This document shows, in pieces, positions 52,573 through 64,000 of a DNA stretch of 64,000 nt. Made by a program: the position numbers and the translations under genes. The notes beneath the pieces were generated by a model. That model was not told the DNA's origin and did no database searches. It saw nothing but the letters and a program-made list of their open reading frames with translations. Source of the DNA: Perkinsus olseni (lineage: Eukaryota). Every line of letters begins with the position of its first letter. Positions within the stretch are counted from its first letter, which is position 1. Location: assembly GCA_013115125.1 (NCBI GenBank), contig JABANN010000055.1:1-64000 (forward strand), written 5' to 3'.

Positions 52573-55392
52573 ATGAGGGTAGGCCATTTCGTTTGCGTGC
52601 TAGGCCTAGGCTCTTCTGATGAGCTGCGTGGCTCGTCATCCTATAATAAGTTCGCGTCCTATGTGCCCGCTGCTCAGCGGTCTCCTGAGGCGAGCGATGA
52701 GCAGGTACCCTACGCGTGATGGTGGCTAGCGGATAACCGTTTGTCAGCGTCCCGTGAAAGTGCCGCTGTCGAGGCAAGTCTCCCATGCGGGCTCTCGTTG
52801 CTACGGGAATCTCTCTATGGAGATCCCCGGACAGACATCGATCGCCCTGTCGGAATTCAAAGTAGGGCTCCGTTTGGCAGCCGAAGGTGAGGCTCGCATG
52901 ATTCAGGTGGTTTATAGAAAACCAAAAACAATGGACTTGAACGCTGTAGGGATGCCTCTCGGGTTATCTGTAAATGACGGCGTTCGTAGGCGATCTCAGA
53001 GCAGGCGAATTCCGTTGCTGGAGTGATCGAAACTAAGGCGGTAGTGACTGACGCTGCCCAAGTGGAAGGTTGGCATCCACGGCGTCTTGGACTCTTCGTA
53101 GACGTCCCTTGGCAGATCCGAAGAGACTGTCCTATGTGCTTGAGCCGCTCATTAACGTTGCCAATACGCAGTACTTTGGCCCGATACAACTTGGGACCCC
53201 TCCGCAAACTGCTACAGTTATTTTCGATACTGGGAGCGCCGACATGTGGGTGCCGAGCTCAAGGTGCGGAGTTGAGGTTCGGGAGCTTCGGAGACGGACT
53301 TGTTTAGGTTTGACCCTACTAATTCCAGCACGTTTGTAGCACAGAATGGCGACGGAGTTCGTCGACTCACCTACGGCGTTGGCTCTGTGCAGGGCAGGAT
53401 GGGTAATACTGATCCACGGACGCCTCGAAGGCTCGGCCCCCGTCAGGATCTGATCGGGTCTGTTTCGGCGCTGTCAAGAATGACCCTAGCAGCGATATGG
53501 TATCGCCACCGTCAAGCAACCAACCCCTGTGCATTCCGCACCAGCACCTGTACGATCACCGGAACAACTGTCAACAATGACGGCTCTGCTGAGCCTTCTG
53601 AGCCTTCTGAGCCTTCTGAGCCTTCGTCGTCAGGATAGTCTCCGAGGCTAGCGAGGATCTCGAAGGAGGCCTGTACGACGGTGTTATGGGGTAGGAGGGA
53701 GCATACCGGGATCGGCTTCGGCAACTTGCCGGTGGCAGGTTAGGTTTCCCGGCGCTGAGTAGTACGGGGACCACAGCGCTGGAGAATATCATCAGCCATC
53801 TAGCGGACCCCGTGAGTGGCCCCGCGTCACTGAGAGGGTCTAGGTCCTACATCTCAGGTCTTGGCCTTCTCCCTCACGGAGGATCCGATCGCCGCGGCTA
53901 CCATGGGGAGCTCGGTTACCTTCGGTGGTTTGGATGCGACTATGTCGGTGCCTGCTGTTCGATGCCGTTGGAGCGAAGCGGTGGCGGCAGGTACCGGCCG
54001 GACACTCTCACGTGGACCCCTCTGGTTGGTCATGTGTACTGGGCTATGGAGACCGTCATAGAAGTCCTGCAAGAACCGAACAGGAAGAGTAGGTTCGACA
54101 TGTGGATCGCCATCGAGGCTCGAGGTCCTGCAGAAAAACCCAGCGACGGCGTCACCGGTGGTGATGCTGTGATGGAGGATGGGGTGACTGATCAGAGCGA
54201 AGGAGCGAATGACGATATCGAGACGCTCCCACGGCAGCTGCTTGTGCAGAGGCAGGTGACGACCACTAGTGAAGCTTATTGCCCCCTCCCCGATACGGCC
54301 TAAGATGCGCACCATTCAGACGGTGGTACTCGATACTGGCACGTCGTACTTGATGGTGCCGCGGCCCGACTTTGTGAAGTTTTTGTCGGCGTTACTGCCC
54401 TCTGAAAAGCTCGCTCAGTGCTCAGCCTTGAAGCCCAGCAATCTACTGGTGATATCCTCATGTACCCTCACGAAGGGCAAAGTCACTTCAGATATGCCCG
54501 TGCCATCTCCGACAGTACGCTAGAAGAATTAACGTGAGAACCCAACCTTTTGCCCCTAACTGAGTATCTTAGCTCGAACTTAGGTTCTGGTGGCCAACAG
54601 GCAGTTCCCGATATTGCCGACCGACTACTTCACAGGGCCTGGTCTGCAAAGCCAACAATGTGTCCTTGAGGTGCCCGCCAGTAAATCGCTTTCTAGCCGG
54701 CTGATCTTCTCTGGGCCCGCGTTTGCGTCATGCAAGGGGTATTGTCGGCGTTCGTTCCCTACCCGAACGGAGTCGATCGAAAATCCTCATAGCCTTTCAC
54801 TCGGATTCGATATCACCTTACTTTCACCCAGCCTTTCCAGCTCGGATTAGTATCTTCAGGTTCAGATGGGCCATGACGCATCTCCCTGGGTATTCGGCGA
54901 CACCTTCATGAAGAAGTTCTACACCGTATTTGATGCCGGCCATTCCCGGATAGGGTAGGTAGGACCCAGCTTGAGAGTCGGCCTCCACCGTTCTCGTTTT
55001 AGCCTTGCCGACCGTCCGCACGTACCCAACCACTCGGCCTCTAAAATGGTAATAAACTCTCCCTTGTTGCCTCAAGAACAAGGCGGCCACGGCTTTCGGG
55101 AGACCGAGCTCGGAGCGCTGGTGGCGGTAGCGTTGGTGAGAGCCCCCCACTTGAGTGTCGATTCTTACTGGGTAATGTCGGTTAGGTGACGCTGCTGTTC
55201 TTCATGGCGGCGACCTCGACTACGGTCAGAAGAGCATTGAGCGCGGTGCACCGTCGGGCCACCGCCTCTGAACGACGTCGATTGCCTGGAGGCCGCGATA
55301 CTGCTGGCTGTTGGCCATTCTCAACACCCAAGCGCCGCTCTGACACCAGACGTGGCCGGGCTGAAGGCAGCGCCGCTCCGCTCAGGTGGTGA
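52573..55392 (+). CDS. Pepsin-family (A1) aspartic protease with C-terminal TM segment
   Basis: [68 protein letters not shown], and [20 protein letters not shown]. Both termini approximate. Confidence 0.92.
53589..53625. repeat. (CTGAGCCTT)4, probably in a protease intron
   Basis: Read directly; lies just upstream of a cag acceptor near 53633. Confidence 0.9.
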
Positions 55393-56080
55393 GGCGTTTC
55401 GGGCTTGCTAGTAGTGAAACGCTGTTTGATTGGAAGGTTCCAAGCGGGTTCGTATGATGCTGGTCGTATGCCGAGTCTGGCGGCTCCGCTGATGGGGAGC
55501 CAGCGGCAGCAGCGCCTCCGTCGTGATCATCCTGTCCTTCAACAGAGCTCCGGTATCTGTCTCCTCTTCCCACGCTGGTCCCGCTGTTTCGCTGTTGCAT
55601 TCAGGGAACGCTTTCCGGGCGAGCGGGGCTCCTCCTCCTGCTTCTACTACTACCTACTACTTCTATTACCAAGTCGAGCGGCATCGATGAGAGTGGACGT
55701 GGAAGCCTAGAGCAGATCTCTCCTGGATAACGTTTTCCCTCTGTCCTCAATTTTCCTCAAGGCCATGGCGTAGCAGCACGTCTATGGTCGGTCGAGTCGT
55801 TTAGAAAGTGTATTATTATTATCGATCTCCTCGTCATGGTTTCGACACGTCGCATGAAGAAAGCAACTTTTCGGTGATAGTTTCAGGCAACGGCAAGCCC
55901 CTGTTCTCAATAACCACGCGTTCGTCCTCCCTTCCCCTGACAGTTTTACTGGTCGCTACTCTTGATGTTAGGAATTGAAAGAGCTGTCGCTTCAATCCTG
56001 CGGCAGCGACCATCTAGCAGCAGTGTTTCAGAGGGCAACGGAATCCAGTTCCAGCTTCGTGCCTCAGCTGCCCCCTGACG

Positions 56081-56516
56081 ATGGTTGGTTATGATGCCCC
56101 AGCGAATTTTCCAGGCGATATCATATTGTACAATGAGGAACGTTCCAGCGCCAGCAGGATGTCGAAGATTGCGTGGGAGCGACTGAGCTCCGGGTGGTTG
56201 GTTGAAAGACTTGAATCCAGGCCGTTTCCTGTCGACGAGCAAGCTTGCTCAGCTTTTTCGACAGCTCCGAAGGGGCTCTCTCTCGACATTGTTCACGATA
56301 CCCTGCCGATGTGTCGGTCGGTCGCGGCTTCGAAGGCAGCGGCGTTGGCTGCAAACGGTGAGTAGAGAGGCAGTCCACTCTTATCGATCTGTCCGGCAAG
56401 TCCGCCAGTCGAACGCTCATAGCCACGAGGCCCTATGTTCATATCCCCGGTATCCTGCTGGTGATGGTGGAAGTAGCTGTTGGAACTATTGGGTTTCGTA
56501 TCATCATGCTAATTAG
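56081..56516 (+). CDS. Small hypothetical protein with hydrophobic C-terminus
   Basis: 94-aa ORF ending at a GT donor; the next exon reads ..HIPGILLVMVEVAVGTIGFRIIMLI. Confidence 0.3.
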
Positions 56517-56899
56517 GTTTGTATAATGAATTATCTTACTTCTTCATGAACTCTCTATTGTGCAGGTGAACAGAATCGAGAATGCGCAGTAGTGAGTATG
56601 ATTCATTTTGTGGATGCTATTCCGTTAGAGAGTTTGATCTTATCTGGATGATTGCGCGACACGATGAAAGAACGTCGTTCCTACCCTTAAGTGGAAGCTA
56701 ACATGACCCGTTGACCACCCGAGCTGATGGTTTTGGCCCATTCAAGAATTTGTGTTTAAGCAATGAGGGACAGACTTCGGAGCTTTGTGCAGCATTGCGC
56801 TTGCGTGCACAATTGTTGTGATAGCCTCGAGCAGTTGCTGTCCCCAGGTTGCAGCGAGATTATCGCCTTTGTTATCGCCTTACAACACCAGTCTTAATC

Positions 56900-57865
56900 A
56901 TGCCCAATTACGTCCCTGATTCTATCAATAGTACTGTTGAGAGTGCTACGATGAAGACCCAGAAGATGGTTGATGACTTCAAGAAGACGGACACCGGGAA
57001 GAAAGTCAGTCAATCAACCAACGCCGCTTTGGGAAGTGTTTATTCTCTCCTCGACTCCCTCTTGAGCAAAGGCGAGGAGCTAGTGGATCGTTATCTTCCT
57101 TCCTCGGAGCCTCAGTCGTCTGCTGAGGAACAATCTGAGACCTCTGCTGCCACTACCCGCAACTCTGATACTGTTGAGGGTGCAAGTCCTCTGAGTCGCG
57201 CAATGGCTTTGGGTTCGACGGTGTGTTCTCGCCTCTACGGTCGTGGTGCCAGCGAGGTTAGTGGGTTTGGCAACTCTATGAGCATGTCTTGGCAGAGGGT
57301 TTATGCTTCGGTCATGGGGTACTTCACGTCCTACTTGGATTCCTTCAAGTCTATGCTTTTGTATCTGAGGGACACCTTCCCCGCCGTGCAGATTGCGGAA
57401 GAGGATCTTCTTGCGGTCAGCAACAAGGCCAGTGAATGGTGGACGGCTTTCGTCGAGCGTCTTCAGAAGGCTTTCTCCGACAACAAGGAGGCGGCTCAGA
57501 GTTCTATGAAGAAGAGTCAGGATGCGGTCCATCAGTACACCGCTCAGGCCAAGGAGACTGCCGCCAAGTACTCCGCTCAAGCTAAGGATGCTGCCAATAA
57601 ATACTCTACTGATGTGAAGGAGAAGGCTACTAAGGCTAAGGAGACTGCAAGCATGTATGCCGCTGACGCCAAGGACACTGCTAGCAAATATGCTGCTGAC
57701 GCGAAAGAAACCGCTGGCAAATATGCCGCTGATGCTAAGGATACTGCAAGCAAGTACGCTGCGGGAGCGAAAGATACCGCTGGTAGGTACGCCGCTGATG
57801 CTAAGGCGACTGCCGACAAGTATTACCAAAGCGCTGCTGATAAAGTGAGTACTTATAGTAAGTAA
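56900..57865 (+). CDS. Intronless perilipin-like protein with C-terminal 11-mer amphipathic (LEA3-like) repeats
   Basis: LLSKGEELVDRYLP..LSRAMALGSTVCSRLY; about 9 repeats of YAADAKDTASK. Confidence 0.7.
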   Translation: MPNYVPDSINSTVESATMKTQKMVDDFKKTDTGKKVSQSTNAALGSVYSLLDSLLSKGEELVDRYLPSSEPQSSAEEQSETSAATTRNSDTVEGASPLSRAMALGSTVCSRLYGRGASEVSGFGNSMSMSWQRVYASVMGYFTSYLDSFKSMLLYLRDTFPAVQIAEEDLLAVSNKASEWWTAFVERLQKAFSDNKEAAQSSMKKSQDAVHQYTAQAKETAAKYSAQAKDAANKYSTDVKEKATKAKETASMYAADAKDTASKYAADAKETAGKYAADAKDTASKYAAGAKDTAGRYAADAKATADKYYQSAADKVSTYSK

Positions 57866-58253
57866 ATGTCGAAGAGTTTCATCGTGAAACGAATATCATT
57901 TTGGTGGTGTGCCCGCAACCCACCCGATTTGTAGTGGCTATTAATGCCGCACGGTACGTATGGATCTCATGAGCAGACCTGCGTTGCCCAACTCGTTAGC
58001 TATATTTTCTCGTAACATCCTTTGAGGTTGACTTGTGTTTCTAGTGGTAAACTTTGCCATGGAGACGAGGGAAGTATTTGATAGCCGCCGAATTCGGTCT
58101 GGTATCGACGCATGCATCAGTTGTGTGCGGGGCCTGCATTGCGGGCGAGCAGAGGAACGTGTTTAGCTTCGTCTTCTTCCATGAAGAGGGGGATGATGAC
58201 ACTTTCGTACTGAACAACACAGTACAAGCTGATTAAACTGTACGGGTGATAAA

Positions 58254-60137
58254 TTAATCGATAAGGCTTTGAATTCGGTTTATAACGAATGCAGGCGGTC
58301 GAAGTGAGATGCCTGACAGCCAGCTGAGCAACGCGTCTTTATAGCATCCTTCGAGGCATCGGAGGGAGGCTCCTGGTGGCGTGTAGTCCTGTGTGAATAT
58401 CCAGCGGAGGGCACTTGCCCTGTGAAGGCCGCGCTCAACGTCAGCTTCCTTCCACACCTCGAACAGCTTCGTGTAGAACACCCTTGCCACCTCGGATGCC
58501 GTCCGGCGGGTCTTGTCGGACATCTCGGTGAAGAGGGCCGGTGGAAGGGGTCGTACACCGGAGTGGTCCCGAGCGTACCGCACTATCTCTGCGTCGGGGT
58601 TATGACCAAAATACCACTTCAGAAGGCGTTCGTCCGACAGGATTACCCAGTACGGTCGAGGCTCCGGCGAGTTCTTCGTTTTCAGCATCTTTGTGTGTCT
58701 CGGGTCCATCAGACCTCCGCAGTGCAGCAGAAGCCCGGGGCGGATGTCTCCTGTGCTGAGGAGTGCCGGGAGCGTCTCGACCAAGAACTGCAGGGCTGCC
58801 TCCATCTCCTGACGGTTGCTGTCGTCATCAAGGGCCCTCGAGTAGAGCACAGCATCAGTGAGGGCGCACGACAGGTCCCAGGCTGCCCCTACGGTTTTTG
58901 GGGTCAATCGCACCCTATCTGGCCAGGTGCGAGGAGGTCGCAGCCTCCTGAGAGCGGCTTCTCCCAACTTGCCGGAGCCTGGTAGCCGGTTGACCAGACG
59001 ATAGAGGTCGGCGTCTTCAACTTTTTCCCACAGTCTGGAGTCGTAGCACTGCTGCGGATAGTCACGTATCATGATCTCCAGCAGGGAACCGGCCACAGGA
59101 GGCGACGCAGTACCCCACTTATCGAGTTGCGTGAACAACGTCCCTCTGTCGCAGCCGCTCTCCAGTAGCAACTTGTAGTAAACCTCAACCTGCAGTTGAT
59201 GGGTCGGGGTGAAGGCATCGTCAACAGCGATAGTGCAGGCCCCAGTGCCCATCATCACCCGACAAGCGTGAAGGATAGCGCTCTCGGGGAATCGGTCGCT
59301 GCGCGTGAGCAAGGCAGATGGTTCTGATGGCAGCGCGACCGACCCATCGCCCTCGTCCGAGGGTCTGCCGGATGTCGTACGCTTGGGCCCGTTAACAACC
59401 ACCCACGGCAGGATCGTTGCCATCCTCATCTCCGGTCCCGAGCCGCTCATCAGGCGCTTGCCACAGACAACCAGGAGAGCACCAGTGAGCCGCTCTCCAA
59501 GGGAAGCGTTCTTGAAGCGGACATCGCGGAGTATCTCCTCCTCTGACGCTTCCGCAGTCGTCGCTTGACCGAGCCCCAAGGGCAGGGGTACATCCAGCAC
59601 ACTCCACAGGACCCGAACCCGCACCAGAGCCGCGAGGGTGAAGACGATGAGGCCCCTGGCGGTCTTCGCCTGGGCGATCGGCATGCATTCCGACATCTGC
59701 CTACAGATGCCTACCAGGATGACGACGCCGATGTCGATTGGAGCAGAGCCCGAGCACAACTCCTCCCCTACCGAGGCCGCAATCTCGCTGCAACGATCCT
59801 TGTTCTGTGCTGCAGTGCCGCTGGACAGCAGCGCCATGAGGGCAGCGATGCGGACAGGAGTTTCAGAGCGCCCACTGCGGGCTATCGTCATGAGATCCTC
59901 ATCCGGAATAAGGCCGTGGAAGCCATCCGCTACTATCCTCTTCAGCTCGGGGTCGGCATCTCCCGAGATGTTCTTTCGCACCCATTGGGTCGGGCTAGCG
60001 GAGGACAGGTACTCGAAGAGCCTCCACTGCTGCAGAGTGCTGTCCACCACCACTGGCTTGTGCTGGGCCTCGGCGCTGGTCCGTTTGGCAGCTGGTGTCG
60101 TTGAAGTCTTCAACCTCTTAGCCCGGCCCTGGGCCAT
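58254..60137 (-). CDS. Intronless alpha-helical hypothetical protein (~627 aa) with basic NLS-like N-terminus
   Basis: Uninterrupted 1.9-kb ORF starting MAQGRAKRLKT..AAKR. Confidence 0.75.
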   Translation of the reverse strand: MAQGRAKRLKTSTTPAAKRTSAEAQHKPVVVDSTLQQWRLFEYLSSASPTQWVRKNISGDADPELKRIVADGFHGLIPDEDLMTIARSGRSETPVRIAALMALLSSGTAAQNKDRCSEIAASVGEELCSGSAPIDIGVVILVGICRQMSECMPIAQAKTARGLIVFTLAALVRVRVLWSVLDVPLPLGLGQATTAEASEEEILRDVRFKNASLGERLTGALLVVCGKRLMSGSGPEMRMATILPWVVVNGPKRTTSGRPSDEGDGSVALPSEPSALLTRSDRFPESAILHACRVMMGTGACTIAVDDAFTPTHQLQVEVYYKLLLESGCDRGTLFTQLDKWGTASPPVAGSLLEIMIRDYPQQCYDSRLWEKVEDADLYRLVNRLPGSGKLGEAALRRLRPPRTWPDRVRLTPKTVGAAWDLSCALTDAVLYSRALDDDSNRQEMEAALQFLVETLPALLSTGDIRPGLLLHCGGLMDPRHTKMLKTKNSPEPRPYWVILSDERLLKWYFGHNPDAEIVRYARDHSGVRPLPPALFTEMSDKTRRTASEVARVFYTKLFEVWKEADVERGLHRASALRWIFTQDYTPPGASLRCLEGCYKDALLSWLSGISLRPPAFVINRIQSLID

Positions 60138-60427
60138 CACAGGGCTCGACACGCTTGTGTTGTTCTCTATGAACCTCCGCGGAGTCAAGCTCGGACTCAG
60201 GTTGAAGCGGCGTAGCCTAGACTTGGGGGTTGATGAAATAAGACGTCGTCGTCGAGAGGCCTAAAACAGGAGACCGGAACACTCCCAACAAGCCTGCATC
60301 GGTTACGGCTTACCCTGCCCGCGTTGCCATTTGCGGTTCCCTCATCGTCGTCCTCCTCGTCTCCGCCAAACCTATCGAATAATTCCGCGGACCCAGCAGG
60401 ACCTGCAAAGTGAAATCGTGCCCCACC

Positions 60428-62034
60428 TCAATCGCGTATCCCAGAGCCCACCTCTGTGTCTCGCGACAAGCTCACGCGGCACCCAGCGCAGTCGGGCTCC
60501 TCCCTGCTCGCAGATCTTCGTCCTCTCACCATCCTCCTCCAGGAAGAAGCACTCGATACGGCCAGCCCGAGGGCTGTTGAAGATTCGACGTCTCCGAGGG
60601 TCCTCCCAAGGCGGTGTCGCCCCAATCGGCGGCACGAAGATATCCCCGACCTGCCGAATGACTGCGTAGTCCCCCTCCTGAAGGCCGTTCCCTCACCTCC
60701 GCGTCCAACTGACTCTCGAGGACCTCGTCGTCTCCCAGTGAGCTCGCCTGATAACAATCATAATTGCCGCTCGCGAGTGAACTAACTGCCCTCAAAGTCT
60801 TACTTCCTCAGCTTGACTCGCCACCTCACCAGTCGACTTATCCTCGGCCCCTTCGGGATCTCCGCGGGTTCTGTCGGCAGCACGCGACTCGTCATCGCTA
60901 TCAGAAGCGGCCTCCTCCTCCTTGTCCTCGAATAGGGCCGACCCTCCTCCCTGTGCATTCGGCCGTCGGGGTGGCTCTTGAGTGTCTTCCAAGTGATGAG
61001 GCGTCACTTGAGGGTCTGTGCTAGCCGGGGTCCCAACAGATGCCCTGTCGCCAGGAGGCGTATCCGAAGCCGAGCCGCTCTGAACGACGACACCGTGGGG
61101 GCAGGGGTCAACAAGAGGGCTCCCAACCTGAGACGTAACGCCTCGGTCATCCGTTACCCGGCATGAACTCTTTTCCACTTTACGTTCCCTTTCATATGCC
61201 TGAACAAACCGAGGCGTTCTTGAACCCGTCGTACAGTATCGCCAGATGCAAATCCTTACATTGTGATATCGTAGTATGCCGTCCTCATCGCCGTAGATGG
61301 CCACACATTCCGCCAAAGTTACACCAGTCATGCCGCTCTCCTCGGTGGCGCTTCGGGCACCCAGGGCCGACAGCAGAGCTCTGACATGTCCTCCGAGGTA
61401 GCAGCTCATTGGAACCCTAAGGAATCATTGTCCACCCTTGAGAGCCTCGCGCGGCAACGCAAGGCAGGCATGGAGATCAATTGGAATCATGCTACAACAG
61501 TGGCTGTGTACAGTATGTACAGATCAGATCAAGTAGGTTCCGAGGCAATAGGCAGACTCTTCCCTCCGTTCCACCGACGAGCCCCGTGCCTGGAGGGACA
61601 ACAGCGACTGTGCCGAGTGGCACCGAGCTGCGACGGCCCTACGAATCGCCAGATCTTTGGGAGTGCGGTGAAGCACTCTCGTGCAAAGACAAACATCAGG
61701 GCTTCCTCGGAGGCACCGTAGTAATGGCGGCCATGGTAGTGGTACTGAGGTGCTATGTTGGGCAACTGAGAGGGCGTACTGAGGAGTTTAGTGGCGAGTG
61801 ACGGTACCTTGATGGGGCCCATGAAAGGATAGCCGCCCATAGCCCCACCTCCGCCGCCGCATCCACAACCCCCACCACTGGGAATGATGAAGATACTCGG
61901 TGCTGAGCACAGGACTTGCGGCCTGCCGAAGGTCTTCACGACCACTTACGATGATGATGCTGATGCCGAAACAACCCGAATGCCGTGACGGGCGTTGCGG
62001 TATGGTCGGTGGGGAGTAGGTGATGTAGAGTCAT
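60428..62034 (-). CDS. Hypothetical protein(s); structure unresolved
   Basis: Minus-strand ORFs 61529-61945 (Gly-rich), 60792-61409 (acidic) and 60428-60757. Confidence 0.3.
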
Positions 62035-62041
62035 GCTACAT

Positions 62042-63009
62042 TCAAGGCTGATGCTCACTCACTAGCCCGATGAAGCGGCTGGCGTGAGAGGCTTGTGGAG
62101 ACAGATCTACGAGCATTCTCGGAGGGGCGAGCTCGCCTTCGCGGCTGGGGCAGCTGAGAGGGCGTACCGAGGAATACACCCCTTCATCATTCATGCGGAG
62201 CCAAACTTGGCCTGTGGAATTGCATGGAAACAACGCCAGACTGGTCATATGAAACCGGACACTAATGCAAATAACGACTGTAGCCGTCGTGTGGGGCTCG
62301 GAGCTACTCCCGCGCAGGAGAGCTCGAGTGCAAGGGCGTCTTCCATCCCGCACTGAGCCATCCTTGTAGCGAACGGAGTCAGATCGAGGGGGACCTGTGA
62401 GGGCGTCCGCGCAAGCCTTTCGAGAGCACAGTCACCTTCATCAAGGGAGGCGACAAGTACGCGAAATTGTCGGTGAGTAGAGTGCCACCCGGCCCGCCGC
62501 CCGGCCCGCTCGGAATCGTGTAGAACACATCCCGACCTGAGACTAGCTTGTGGATTCATCAGGTATGATCAGCTGACCGGTCTCGTACGGCCAGCCTCCA
62601 TGATGCTTGTGCCACTTCGAACGGCGCCCTGAGAACACGACCATTTCCCGAGTCACTCCTCGGATCGCTCAGCAAAAGTCACATCTCTGGAGACGGAGCT
62701 TTCGGTGGTGGAGCTTATGAGCCTGGAGAAATGACGATCCGACGTCGTGGTCAGCCGATTGATCGCTCGGATGGTCATGAAAGACCTGACCGCCGAGTTC
62801 TTGCATAGCCCGGAGGTCGTGGGGCTACCGTTCCTCGTGCTTCGTGGTGGGAGTGGTTGAGAGGGATCAGCATGCAAGCACGTGAAGCTGGAACAAGAGG
62901 GACCACGGCACGCCCCCGACGGATGCTGTACAGTAGCTCGGCAGCCCAGTCGCTCATTAACAACTCGACGAGAATGGAGTTCAAAAAGGTTGTGCTGCTT
63001 GATTAACAT
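62042..63009 (-). CDS. Hypothetical protein; structure unresolved
   Basis: Overlapping minus-strand ORFs immediately downstream of the PARP stop. Confidence 0.25.
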
Positions 63010-63024
63010 CGTCGTTATCTAGTG

Positions 63025-64000
63025 TCACCACATCGTTCCCACAGTCTCAAATTTGCATTCTACTAAGTACTTGCATCTCACCTGCGACACATCGTAAACA
63101 ACATATTCATTATATAAAAGGGAACCATTAGCCTTGTACGCTGGGTTGGCCATCGGTTTGCCCCGAGGGACCTGCATGGGGAGCAAGCCCTCTGCGTCAT
63201 GGTAAAGCGGCTACTGTACTCACGACGCAGCCCTCCGGGGTCACGTAGTTGCCGGCAGGGTCGGGGCAAGTACCACCGATACCCTTCGTGCTGCGACACG
63301 ACTTGGGAAGCTTTTTACCTGCACAAGCCAGCAGCACGACTGAGCGCATTCAGGTTCGTGACCTTGCACGAATACAGTAAAGCCTTGGACCTTGGAAGCC
63401 CTGGGGCGGCTTCTCCTGGTCCGCGCTGTACACAAAGATCGCCTCCTGGAGCTCCAGCCTACTGTACCATGATGCCGAAGAAAATAAGGCGGATCTCAGG
63501 CGAAGCCAGTCAAGGTCTTACGATTTCCCAAGCGCCACTTCGCATAGCATAAGTAATCCGGTGTCGCCGCTCAGCGAAGCGAAGCAGTAGTTGGCGCTTT
63601 TGGTGACCATGTCCGCGAAGTAGACCCCTTTGCCGAACATGTATCCCGTAACTGGAGCTTCCGAGGGGGCTATGCGCAGTCCCTGATCGAACGTCGTTGG
63701 TGAGACATCACGTAACCTCTATCAGATAAACTTATGTGATGAACCGAGCGCGGAACCTTCTTAACGACACTCTCCCGAAGCGAGCGTCGCATCCCAGGGG
63801 AGGGCTGACCACCTGGGGCAATATGCCGGCCCAATTGGTCATCCGCGATCCGTGCCACAGGAGCATCCTGTTAGGATCCTTGGAGTGGGGCTCGAACCGT
63901 TGACTCTCTCCTTCTCGATCGACACGGAAGCAATTGACAACTTGTAACTTGTACGTAGTGTGAGTTGGGCCGTGGGTATTATGTACGTATCTGAGGGACA
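63025..64000 (-). CDS. Poly(ADP-ribose) polymerase, PARP1/2-type catalytic domain (3' part)
   Basis: [84 protein letters not shown] triad intact. Confidence 0.95.

Noticed and set aside
56645-56730. Possible C/D snoRNA upstream of the perilipin-like gene
   Set aside because: Imperfect C box, no terminal stem and no convincing rRNA guide.
57080-57829. Long antisense ORFs over the 11-mer repeats (similar shadows over ClpC and the 58-60 kb gene)
   Set aside because: Expected shadows of GC-rich or repetitive coding sequence.
1-64000. Non-canonical splice sites or an altered genetic code
   Set aside because: The junctions I traced in conserved genes all resolved with GT-AG and the standard code; not every intron was traced.

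Overview
Compact, intron-rich eukaryotic DNA (mostly 40-60 nt GT-AG introns, short intergenic gaps). By inference it is an alveolate, most likely Perkinsus; this is not proven. Exons were stitched by hand, so gene termini are approximate. Order: two tandem Frag1/DRAM-like genes, GH47 alpha-1,2-mannosidase, a glutaminase-ankyrin gene with an internal duplication, plastid-type ClpC, five tandem paralogues of an unknown Cys-patterned secreted family (one frameshifted), a PKD2-like channel, a C-x4-GC zinc-finger repeat protein, VPS35, a coiled-coil protein, a TauD-family dioxygenase, RPL30, a pepsin-family protease, a perilipin-like 11-mer repeat protein, several hypotheticals and the 3' end of a PARP. 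Best leads: (1) a glutaminase fused to a catalytically dead second glutaminase module; (2) an orientation-independent GCGCCACGAAA(T/A)T motif in introns of four unrelated genes, with variants at divergent promoters; (3) a perilipin-like protein with rearranged architecture; (4) a nuclear ClpC with a dinoflagellate-type plastid leader but no ClpP-docking loop; (5) the secreted paralogue array. No rRNA, canonical tRNA, CRISPR array or recognisable transposon was found.
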